From positions 89,317 through 153,316 of the forward strand of contig JBOEGF010000002.1 in the NCBI GenBank assembly GCA_050633305.1: a stretch of 64,000 nucleotides of DNA. The letters are read 5' to 3'. The notes beneath the pieces were generated by a model. The model was not told the origin of the DNA, made no database searches, and saw only the letters and a list, made by a program, of their open reading frames with translations. Position numbers and translations under genes: made by a program. Each line of letters opens with the position of its first letter. Within the stretch, counting starts at the first letter, position 1. The DNA is from Nannocystales bacterium. GTDB taxonomy: Bacteria > Myxococcota_A > Polyangia > Nannocystales > Nannocystaceae. Below are positions 17,742-25,808 of this stretch, piece after piece.

Positions 17742-19025
17742 TCAGCCGGGCCGAAGGACGTCCAGAATGCGTTTGGAGGCCTTCTTGGCCAGCTCTCGGC
17801 GCGCAGCCTCGTCGGCTCGGCGGTCGCCGACGCCCGATGCGGTCGCTTCAAGCTTGCCCCGTCCGAGCTCCCCCGCGCCCCAAACCTCGTGCACAACAAC
17901 CTCGGTGGACGCTTCGAACCAAACCCGGCTTCCGCCGGCTCGGCTGGCAAAACGCGACTGCGCTCTCACCAGCACCACAACGTCGAGCGCACCACCCATC
18001 TTGTCGGCCAGGGCCGCGAGCACCCGTGCCCGCTCGGCTGGACCCACGGTCCGTAGCGCCTTGATCGCCTTTGCATCCAACGTGACCGGAGCGCCCAGGT
18101 CCGCGCGCAGGGACGCCCGCAACTCCTTGGCGAACATGTCGTCTGCCCGAGTGCCATCCTCGAACACCACGGTCCAACGCCGAGCATCGAGCGTTCGAGC
18201 CTGAACCTCGAGCGATGGCCACCCGGTCTCCGAATCCAGTGGGCCCACCATGCGGCCGCCGTCGACGTGCACGACGAATGCGCCCGGCCACTGGCTGCCA
18301 ACCTCGATCGACAGGTTCGCAATGCCCGCGGCGTTGGTCTGGGTCTCGGAGCGCGTCCCATCGGGTCGCTCGACCTCCAGCGGAAGGCCCTCGACAGGAT
18401 TTCCGTTCCACGTCACCAGGATCCGGCCAGGCCGCAGAACGACCCCGGAGGCGTCGGTGGGCACGCCGCCTGTCACGACACTCGACAGGTGCAGGTCTTC
18501 ACCGAGGCGCTGCAGGCGAGCATCGTCCTCGTCCGTGGGCGGAGCATCGCACGCCACCGAGTACAGAGACGCCCTGCGCTCGCACACCACCTTGGCTGCG
18601 TGCGTCGCAAGCACCTGATACAGCGCGTCGTGCCACACCTCGGGCCCCTCGAACGTAGGCTTGGCGTAGGTCATCGCGTCGAGCGTCGTCGCCGCTCGCC
18701 CTTCATCGAGGCCAATCGCGACCTCCCACCCATCCGGTGTGCGGACCGCTTGGTACGCGTCACGCGCTCGGTCATGGAGCGCCACGGGGGTGAACGTCAT
18801 CCAACGAGCATCGCCAAGCAGAGCCTCGGCAAGCTTGGCCTGTGCGCTCTCATACGCGGCCTGTTCGTCCGCGCCCTCCCCAACGCCAGACACAAAGGCT
18901 TGCACCTCGGCGTGCTTGGCAACCGCGGGGGCTGCGACCGGCTCGGGGCTCACCACCGCGGGTTTCGGCTTGGAGCAGCCCGAAACACACAGTGCGATCA
19001 GAGCTGCTTCTCGAACGCGTCCCAA
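17742..19025 (-). CDS. Lipoprotein, LPP20-like N-terminal segment (hypothetical)
   Basis: AALIALCVSGC lipobox; FVSGVGEG...AAYESAQAKLAEAL; start (TTG 19025) uncertain. Confidence 0.7.
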   Translation of the reverse strand: MGRVREAALIALCVSGCSKPKPAVVSPEPVAAPAVAKHAEVQAFVSGVGEGADEQAAYESAQAKLAEALLGDARWMTFTPVALHDRARDAYQAVRTPDGWEVAIGLDEGRAATTLDAMTYAKPTFEGPEVWHDALYQVLATHAAKVVCERRASLYSVACDAPPTDEDDARLQRLGEDLHLSSVVTGGVPTDASGVVLRPGRILVTWNGNPVEGLPLEVERPDGTRSETQTNAAGIANLSIEVGSQWPGAFVVHVDGGRMVGPLDSETGWPSLEVQARTLDARRWTVVFEDGTRADDMFAKELRASLRADLGAPVTLDAKAIKALRTVGPAERARVLAALADKMGGALDVVVLVRAQSRFASRAGGSRVWFEASTEVVVHEVWGAGELGRGKLEATASGVGDRRADEAARRELAKKASKRILDVLRPG

Positions 19026-20155
19026 TCGATGCTTTCGCTTCCCAACGTCTCGGACAACCACTCGATTCCCTTCTTCCGCGCAGACTCGATGTCTCGCTCC
19101 CCCGACTCCCAATCGATCTCCGGATCGCCAAGCTCCAGTTCGGCCGAGGCGTCGAGCAACACCGCATCCATCGAGAACCGGTAGGGGTCCGCGAATTGGT
19201 TGTTCTGCAGCTTGAGCACCGTGACCCGCAGCAGCAGGGGTTCGAGGTCTTCGGCAAATTCCTTCTCCAGCCCTTCGCTACGGGCAAGCCGGCCATACGT
19301 GCCAATGACCGCCCCGAGCTGGTGCAGGTAGTTGTTGGCCTGCTCCCTCAGCTCGGGGTCCAGCTCGGTACCCCCTTCGCCAAAGCGAAGCAGCGTGGGC
19401 ACACGATCGGCGGCGTCGAGCAGGATCTTGCGCATCATGGGCTGCGCTGTCTGAACGAGCTCGTCGCGATCATCATCGACCCGAAGCAACACGCCGCGGG
19501 CGACAGCTCGCATCAAGAAACCGCGGAACGCCGCATCTTCGAGTCGCCGCTTGGACGCCTTGGTGCCCTGTGCGCTGTAGATCCCCGACAGGTCCGGGTC
19601 GAACGCCTCGTCCACCACGTCCGCCAAGAAGCTGAGCTTGGCCCGACTGAGCAGCGCGCCCGTCATCAACCTCGCGTTGCGGTCGCCCTCGGTCATCGAC
19701 CGCGATACGACGTCGTGGACCTGGATCTCGAAGAACTCGTTCTGGTTGCTGATGATCTCGTTTTGCTGAACGACCACCCACAGCTGTAGGAATGGAATCG
19801 ACGCGGCGAGCATCGAGAACAGCCAAAACGAGGTGCGCCGCCGAACCGTGAAGCGAACGCAGGACTCCATGAACAGTCGTGCGCGGTCGACGATGTCGTC
19901 ACGGCTGGGCCACTGCTCGCGGGGCCCGGTCATCCGACCTACGGTCTCCGCCAGGTCGCCAAAGGACTTCACGACCTTGGAGCGGTCGAGCAGCGGGATG
20001 AGCCACTTCCCTCCGGTCTTGACGGCCTTGACTCGCGCTTGGCTCGCAGCGGCGTGTTGGCCATGGATGGCCGCAACCTGAGCTTCGAGCTCCTGGTTCC
20101 GAGCCGCCAGACCTGCAAGCTGCTGTTCAAGCTGGGCGATCCGCGGGTCGCTCAC
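18998..20155 (-). CDS. Membrane protein with N-terminal coiled coil (hypothetical)
   Basis: IAQLEQQLAGLAARNQELEAQV; one hydrophobic segment FWLFSMLAASIPFLQLWVVV; strong GC3 codon pattern. Confidence 0.8.
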   Translation of the reverse strand: MSDPRIAQLEQQLAGLAARNQELEAQVAAIHGQHAAASQARVKAVKTGGKWLIPLLDRSKVVKSFGDLAETVGRMTGPREQWPSRDDIVDRARLFMESCVRFTVRRRTSFWLFSMLAASIPFLQLWVVVQQNEIISNQNEFFEIQVHDVVSRSMTEGDRNARLMTGALLSRAKLSFLADVVDEAFDPDLSGIYSAQGTKASKRRLEDAAFRGFLMRAVARGVLLRVDDDRDELVQTAQPMMRKILLDAADRVPTLLRFGEGGTELDPELREQANNYLHQLGAVIGTYGRLARSEGLEKEFAEDLEPLLLRVTVLKLQNNQFADPYRFSMDAVLLDASAELELGDPEIDWESGERDIESARKKGIEWLSETLGSESIDWDAFEKQL

Positions 20156-20201
20156 ACATTCGCGTGTATCACGGGCGCGGGGTGCCTGGCATCATGGGCA
20201 C

Positions 20202-20801
20202 GTGCTCCACCGGCTGCTACTCGCCTGCGCCCTCACAGGGCCGCTGGGGTGTCGCTCCGCCGCCACCGGTCCAACACCCGCTCCCGCGACACAAGCGGCA
20301 TCCACGGACCCAATGCCCGAGACCGAGAGTCCCGAGCCCGCGGCCGAGCAAGCCCCCGAAGGATTTCGTCCACGAATGGAGACTGCCAAGGTCTGCGCGA
20401 CTGGCTCGGTCACGATCGCCGATGGGCGGCTGTGCTTGAAGGTTCCCAACGCCTACACCGCCGCACCACCGACACCCGGGCAACAGGTTTTCTCCGCCGA
20501 CGACACGCCCCCGATCACGGTGCGGTGGACCGCCGCCACGCGAGGGTTCGGCAAGACCCACGCCGACGCCCTCGCGCGGCTGACCGCCCTCGATGGCGAC
20601 GCCTTGAAAGGTGCGACCCGTGACGGAAGCGGAAGCTTCGTCTTCGCAGTGGAAACCCAGCCCCAGGCTCACCCTGTCGCCCACGCGGCGAGCAGTCTGC
20701 ATGCCGGAGATCAGCTGGCGTGGTGCACCGCGTCAGCCCCGGTTGCGGCCCAGCTCCCTCGCGAATTCTTCGAGGCCTGCCAGTCGCTGATGGCCCCGTA
20801 G
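20202..20801 (+). CDS. Lipoprotein (hypothetical)
   Basis: LLLACALTGPLGC lipobox, Pro/Ala/Glu linker. Confidence 0.7.
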   Translation: MLHRLLLACALTGPLGCRSAATGPTPAPATQAASTDPMPETESPEPAAEQAPEGFRPRMETAKVCATGSVTIADGRLCLKVPNAYTAAPPTPGQQVFSADDTPPITVRWTAATRGFGKTHADALARLTALDGDALKGATRDGSGSFVFAVETQPQAHPVAHAASSLHAGDQLAWCTASAPVAAQLPREFFEACQSLMAP

Positions 20802-20875
20802 ACGCATGCACTCATGCATGGGTCCCATCGACCCATGCGCGTAGTTCGGCGCCATCGCCCGCCGTTCCCCCATGC

Positions 20876-21571
20876 ATGAGACCCCCTCCCAACGGCGCGC
20901 GCGCGCTCATCGTCCTGGCTGCGACCCTGCTCTGCGGCTGCAAGGTGGGCATCGATGCCCATCCGCTGAATCCAACTCAGGCCGCGGCCCTTCAGACCCG
21001 CGACGCTCCCACCGCTCGAGAGGACGTTGAAGGATTCACCTCAATCCTTGTCCGGGTACCGATCGCCGCCTCCCCGGATCACGTCTGGGCTCAGCTCGGG
21101 GAACACTACGGCGACGTGCACCAATGGTCGGGCCCGATCGAAGCCTCGGGCTTCACGGAGGGCCACGTGGTCGGTGCACAAGGAGCGACCCGATCGTGCA
21201 CCCTCGGCCCCTCATCACCGATCGGAAAGGGGGAGAGCTTCAACGAGACGATCGTCGCGTGGGACCCCGCCCGCCACTACTACGCGGCCGCGGTCAACGA
21301 CGGGTTCTTCCCCCTCCGACGCGTGGTCCAAGAGTACTGGGTTCAACCGGGACCCGACGGAGTGGGCGCAAGCGTGACCACCCAGTTCCACTACGACCTG
21401 GCTCCACTGATGGGCAAGGGCAAAGGCATGCGGAAGAAGCTCAAGCCCCAGTTGGTCACCAGCTTGCTCGGACTCAAGCACCTGATCGAGACCGGGAATG
21501 GAGAGGAGGCTCGCGATGGTGATTTCTTGGCCGGCGCGTACCCGTCGATGTTCGAGGTGAACGGGGTATGA
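20876..21571 (+). CDS. SRPBCC/polyketide cyclase family lipoprotein
   Basis: ATLLCGC lipobox; IAASPDHVWAQL..YGDVHQW...GATRSC...ETIVAWD...GLKHLIETG. Confidence 0.85.
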   Translation: MRPPPNGARALIVLAATLLCGCKVGIDAHPLNPTQAAALQTRDAPTAREDVEGFTSILVRVPIAASPDHVWAQLGEHYGDVHQWSGPIEASGFTEGHVVGAQGATRSCTLGPSSPIGKGESFNETIVAWDPARHYYAAAVNDGFFPLRRVVQEYWVQPGPDGVGASVTTQFHYDLAPLMGKGKGMRKKLKPQLVTSLLGLKHLIETGNGEEARDGDFLAGAYPSMFEVNGV

Positions 21572-22212
21572 GGGCAACACTCGCCACGCTTGTGCTCCTC
21601 TCGAGCGCTTGCAGCGGAGGCTCGGTCCCCACCGCCGCCCTCATCTCCAGTGTTTCACCGCGCACCGGGTTTGAAGGACTCAACGTCGTTGAGCTCAGCC
21701 GCGAGGCTCAACCCGGGCAACCTGTGGCGTTCAGCGACCGGCTGCAACGCTCGGCGGTGGTCGAGCTCTGGGCGAGCTGGTGCGCTCCGTGTCGCGAGAC
21801 GATGCCGGAGACGGCCGCCGCCGTGGCGCGAGTTGGCACGGACGAGATGCAGTGGCTTCCCGTCAGCCTCGATGAGGACCCGGATTCCGCCGCCGCCTTT
21901 CTCAGGTCGACGAAACTCGACACAACTCCCCTCCTCGCGGCCTCGAGCGAGACCTGGCGCGAACAGCTCGGCATCTCCGGACTCCCCCTGCTCCTCGTTG
22001 TCGACCCCCAAGGGGTTGTGCTCGACCGCATCGTCGGCGTGGGCCCTGACACGAGTGCATCCCTCGAACGAGCGCTCCAGCACGCCCGCGAGCGCGGCGG
22101 AGCAGGAGCCGTTCGGAGGACCAGCGCCCTCGACCCGCGTGGCCGCGTTCGTTTTCCAACGGATCCCTGTCCCACCGCACTAGACTGTGTCCATGCAGGT
22201 TCGGTGGTTTGA
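21568..22212 (+). CDS. TlpA/ResA-like thioredoxin-fold lipoprotein
   Basis: VVELWASWCAPCRETMP, GISGLPLLLVVDPQG; ATGA coupling to upstream gene. Confidence 0.9.
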   Translation: MRATLATLVLLSSACSGGSVPTAALISSVSPRTGFEGLNVVELSREAQPGQPVAFSDRLQRSAVVELWASWCAPCRETMPETAAAVARVGTDEMQWLPVSLDEDPDSAAAFLRSTKLDTTPLLAASSETWREQLGISGLPLLLVVDPQGVVLDRIVGVGPDTSASLERALQHARERGGAGAVRRTSALDPRGRVRFPTDPCPTALDCVHAGSVV

Positions 22213-23065
22213 GCTCGAACTGGTCGCTGCGATCGGCAGCGCCGGCAGTGCAACCGCGGCCGCACCACTCCTGGGCGTGAGCCAATCGACCGTCTCCCGT
22301 CGCCTCGCCGAACTCGAAGCCCGACTCGGCACCAAACTCTTCGACCGCCAGGGACAATGCCTGGTCGCCACGCCCGAAGGCGCCGAAGTTGTCGCTGCGT
22401 CGGAGTCGGTGGAGTCCACGATGAATGCGGCTCTGCGCCGGGTGGTCGGCCGAGACCGAAACCCTGGCGGCCTGGTTCGCATCACTGCCCTCGCATCGAT
22501 CCACGAGTTGCTGATGGCGACGTATGCCACCGCCCTCGAGAAGAACCCAGAGCTCGAGCTGGAACTCGACTCCAAGCTCGAACTTCTCTCTCTGCATCGC
22601 GGAGAGGCCGAGATTGCCCTTCGGATCACCGCCTCTCCTCCGGAGGGCCTGGTCGGACGACGCATCGCCCGCTTCGCGTACGGCCTGTACCGTCGACGCG
22701 ACGCACCCACGCCCAGCGATGTGATCGGCTTCCCCCCGCCGCGAGGCGATCTTGCGAAACAAGAGTGGCTCCGCGCCTTGGTCCCCGAACCGCGACTCCG
22801 GGTCCGGGTCGAGTCCGACCGCGCGCAGGTCGAGGCGGTCCGTTCCGGCCTCGGCATCGCCCAGCTTCCGTGTCTGTTCGGCGACGGTCTCCCCGACCTC
22901 GAGCGTGTTCCCGGAGCCCCACTCGAGTGGGGAGACTGGCTCTGGGTCCTCACCCATCCCTCTCTGCGCGAGGTCGCCCGGGTTCGTGTGCTGCTCGATC
23001 TGCTATACGAGACGCTCGAGCGGATGCGCCCCCGCCTCGAGGGCGAGGAGCCTGCGCTTCCCTAG
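22193..23065 (+). CDS. LysR family transcriptional regulator
   Basis: GSATAAAPLLGVSQSTVSRRLAELEARLGTKLFDR; LWVLTHPSLREVARVR. Confidence 0.93.
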   Translation: MQVRWFELELVAAIGSAGSATAAAPLLGVSQSTVSRRLAELEARLGTKLFDRQGQCLVATPEGAEVVAASESVESTMNAALRRVVGRDRNPGGLVRITALASIHELLMATYATALEKNPELELELDSKLELLSLHRGEAEIALRITASPPEGLVGRRIARFAYGLYRRRDAPTPSDVIGFPPPRGDLAKQEWLRALVPEPRLRVRVESDRAQVEAVRSGLGIAQLPCLFGDGLPDLERVPGAPLEWGDWLWVLTHPSLREVARVRVLLDLLYETLERMRPRLEGEEPALP

Positions 23066-23164
23066 CGGCCCACTTTGGCAGGAGCCGCCGCACTCCCACG
23101 GCCCCATGGAGGTACGACTGTGAACGTTGCTTACGCGCCGGCCGCCGAAATACCGTGGGGCGGG

Positions 23165-23671
23165 ATGGTGGAGCTCAGCGTCTATGTACGCGACTCCGAG
23201 GGCATGAGCCGAGCGGACTTCGAGCGCGCCTACCCGGACTCCGTTCTGCTCGTGGACAAGTCCGAGTTCGACAGCGCCATCGGAAGCGTGTCATTCGAAA
23301 CGGTTGCGGTCACCGTCCGTGATGAGGACGACCCCCAAGGCTACGTCGTCTTTCCCGTCACCAAGAACCGCAACAACCCCTGGCCTGAGCGCATCAGCCT
23401 GGGACGCGCCCGCAACTGCGACCTGGTCCTTCGGCACGCCTCGGTGTCCAAGCTCCACGCGCACTTCTTCTTGGAGCGCTCGAAGCTCTACTTCGCGGAC
23501 GCCAAGTCGACGAACGGTTGCAAGGTCAACGATCGCCCCCTCGACCCCGGAGAGCGAATTCGGCTGTCGTGCGGTGACCTTCTGTGTTTGGGCATGATCG
23601 AATCGACGCTCTACAGCCCAGCGGGACTCTTCCGCTTCATCGAAGAGGTCCGCGACTCAAACAGCCTGTAA
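23165..23671 (+). CDS. FHA domain protein
   Basis: ISLGRARNCDLVL...SVSKLHAHF...DAKSTNGCKVN. Confidence 0.92.
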   Translation: MVELSVYVRDSEGMSRADFERAYPDSVLLVDKSEFDSAIGSVSFETVAVTVRDEDDPQGYVVFPVTKNRNNPWPERISLGRARNCDLVLRHASVSKLHAHFFLERSKLYFADAKSTNGCKVNDRPLDPGERIRLSCGDLLCLGMIESTLYSPAGLFRFIEEVRDSNSL

Positions 23672-23702
23672 CGGGCCGAACCGCACGCACCTGGACGACT
23701 CC

Positions 23703-24185
23703 TCATGCGGCTTTCGGCACGAAGTCCTCGCCGATGATCTCCCCGGTCGCGCCGTGTTGGTCGAGGCCGCTGAGGACAGAACTCATCAGCTTGGTCATCT
23801 GGCCACGGACCATCAGGGCGTTCATCGCCTTGCCGAAGATGCCGAACTTCATCTCGTAGTTCATGCTGAACGTGACCTGGGTGTTGCCGTCGGCCATGGC
23901 CTGGAGCCGAATTTCCGCCTCGAAGGTCTTCATCGGAAGGCTGTACTCGCTGAGCACAACCTTGAGCCGACTCCCTTCGTCGAGCTCGGTCACGGTCTCG
24001 CGGACGCTGGTCCCATCGTAGAAGTTGCATCGACGGGCGGCGCCGAGACCGGTGGCGTTTTCGCTCAGCAGGTCGACCCTGTGGACGGAGGGATGCCAGT
24101 TCACGACGCGAGTAACGTCGGCAACGAGGTCCCAGACGGTCTTGATCTCGGCGTGAACGATTCGGGTAACGGTGACGTTTTGCAT
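23703..24185 (-). CDS. SRPBCC family protein
   Basis: VWDLVAD...WHP...GLGAARRCNFYDG...ETVTELD; divergent from LysR. Confidence 0.9.
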   Translation of the reverse strand: MQNVTVTRIVHAEIKTVWDLVADVTRVVNWHPSVHRVDLLSENATGLGAARRCNFYDGTSVRETVTELDEGSRLKVVLSEYSLPMKTFEAEIRLQAMADGNTQVTFSMNYEMKFGIFGKAMNALMVRGQMTKLMSSVLSGLDQHGATGEIIGEDFVPKAA

Positions 24186-24250
24186 GACCCGCCCAAGATG
24201 AGCCCGGACACTTCCAGCGAGTAGAGTTCGAATCGTCGAACTACTTTGTC

Positions 24251-25174
24251 GTGGGCGTACATAATGGACGTGGTTTGGCTGTCGAGAGCATCGAAGCGTT
24301 GCGAGTGTTCGTGCAGGTCATCGACTCCGGCGGCCTGAGCGCTGCGGGTCGCGTTCTCGGGCTCGCGCCGACGCTGGTCAGCCGACGCATCGCGAAACTC
24401 GAGGACGATGTCGGCGTGCCCTTGCTTCTGCGAACAACTCGGACGCTTCGCGTCACGGACGAAGGTCGGAACTTCTATCAGCGTTGCCGACAGATCCTGG
24501 ACGACCTCGATGAGGCCGTCCGAGCGGCGTCTCCGAACGCAGGGGAACTGCAGGGTCGCGTCCGCGCCGTCCTGCCCACCGCGACCACGGCCGTAGGCAT
24601 CATGGATGGGGTCGGGGAGTTGCTCGAAAAGCATCCCGGCCTCTCACTGCAATGCTCGTTTTCCGACCGCCCCGTCGACATGGTCGCGGGAGGTTGGGAC
24701 GTGGCCGTACACGCCGGATCGCCGAAGGACAGCACACACATCGTGCGGCGCTTGAAGCGAGTCAACACCCAGCTCGCCGCGACGCACGACTACCTCGCAA
24801 GAGCCGGGATACCCCAACGGCCCCAAGACCTGTCATCGCACCAGTGCTTGCGGTTCATCAGTGACCTTCCCCAAGACACCTGGCGGCTGGTCCATGAAGA
24901 CGGACGCGAAGAGGTGGTCTCGGTCGATGGCCGGCTCGAATCCGACAACAGCGCGACGCTTCGGGATGCGATGAACGCTGGCCTGGGGATCGGCCTCAAC
25001 ACTTCCGGCACCATCGAACGCGCCATCGATGAGGGCCGGCTGGCTCGCGTCCTCCCCGAGTGGACCATGAGCGCCCTCGACCTCTACATGCTGATCCCCA
25101 GCGGCCGGAACAGCGTGCCCCGGGTTCGCGTGTTTGCCGACTGGCTGGAAGGGTTCATTCGCTCCTACTTCTGA
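24251..25174 (+). CDS. LysR family regulator (CrgA/DmlR-like)
   Basis: LRVFVQVIDSGGLSAAGRVLG...VSRRIAKLE...LLRTTRTLRVTDEG; DRPVDMVAGGWDVAV; start uncertain. Confidence 0.93.
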   Translation: MGVHNGRGLAVESIEALRVFVQVIDSGGLSAAGRVLGLAPTLVSRRIAKLEDDVGVPLLLRTTRTLRVTDEGRNFYQRCRQILDDLDEAVRAASPNAGELQGRVRAVLPTATTAVGIMDGVGELLEKHPGLSLQCSFSDRPVDMVAGGWDVAVHAGSPKDSTHIVRRLKRVNTQLAATHDYLARAGIPQRPQDLSSHQCLRFISDLPQDTWRLVHEDGREEVVSVDGRLESDNSATLRDAMNAGLGIGLNTSGTIERAIDEGRLARVLPEWTMSALDLYMLIPSGRNSVPRVRVFADWLEGFIRSYF

Positions 25175-25289
25175 CCGTCGCGACCTTCGTCCCCGGCCCT
25201 GTCGACGAGTCGGCTACATGTCGGACAACCACGCACATTCAGACCAGGAGCGGCGCATCTTCAAGGGTGAACTAGCGGGCGGCTGAACA

Positions 25290-25808
25290 CTGTATCGCCC
25301 CTGGAAGGGCGCAATCGCGGTGCGAGAGTTGCGCACAACCGGTCATTGGCACCCCGCCACAAAAAAACGCACCTCCCGAAAAAAAACCTCCGCGGGATCC
25401 GGACCTGGGCCACAGACCCCATTTGTACGGGTTCGGACCACACCGGCTCCACAGCAATGTGGGGTGTGTCCGCAGGCGAGTGATGATCATGTGGTCGTCA
25501 CCTCAATTCCTCCGGTCGTCAGCGGCACCCGCCCCGACGAGGATGAGGCATCGACCCCCCAGAGGGCGCCAGACCGCATGGATTCGCGCGCCGAGGCCCA
25601 CAGGCGACAATGGCGGCGGCGGCGAGGGGCACGCACTTTGATGATGTCGACTGGGGTTGGCGCGGCCGGGGGGTCGCCGCCGCAGGAGCCGTGTGTCCTC
25701 GTCCGTCGCGTCGCGACACCGAGGCCAGTTCCGCCCGTCGACCAGATTTGCCTGAGGGATTCCCCTCCGGTGGGACGACCGAACAAAGCAACACAAGGGG
25801 AGGGACCA
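25290..25808 (+). promoter_or_regulatory. Long hairpin-rich non-coding leader or candidate ncRNA upstream of module 1
   Basis: About 630 nt without a credible ORF; two A-tracts (25361-25386); stems at 25309-25334, 25434-25472 (GCAA tetraloop), 25480-25501 and 25616-25683. Confidence 0.4.

Noticed and set aside
25627..25642. Sigma54-like GGGCACG-cact-TTGAT
   Set aside because: The conserved -12 GC is replaced by GA; too weak to call.
25320..25808. 163-aa N-terminal extension of the 948-aa track ORF
   Set aside because: Arg/Pro-rich junk composition; a good SD, GTG and lipoprotein signal start at 25809.
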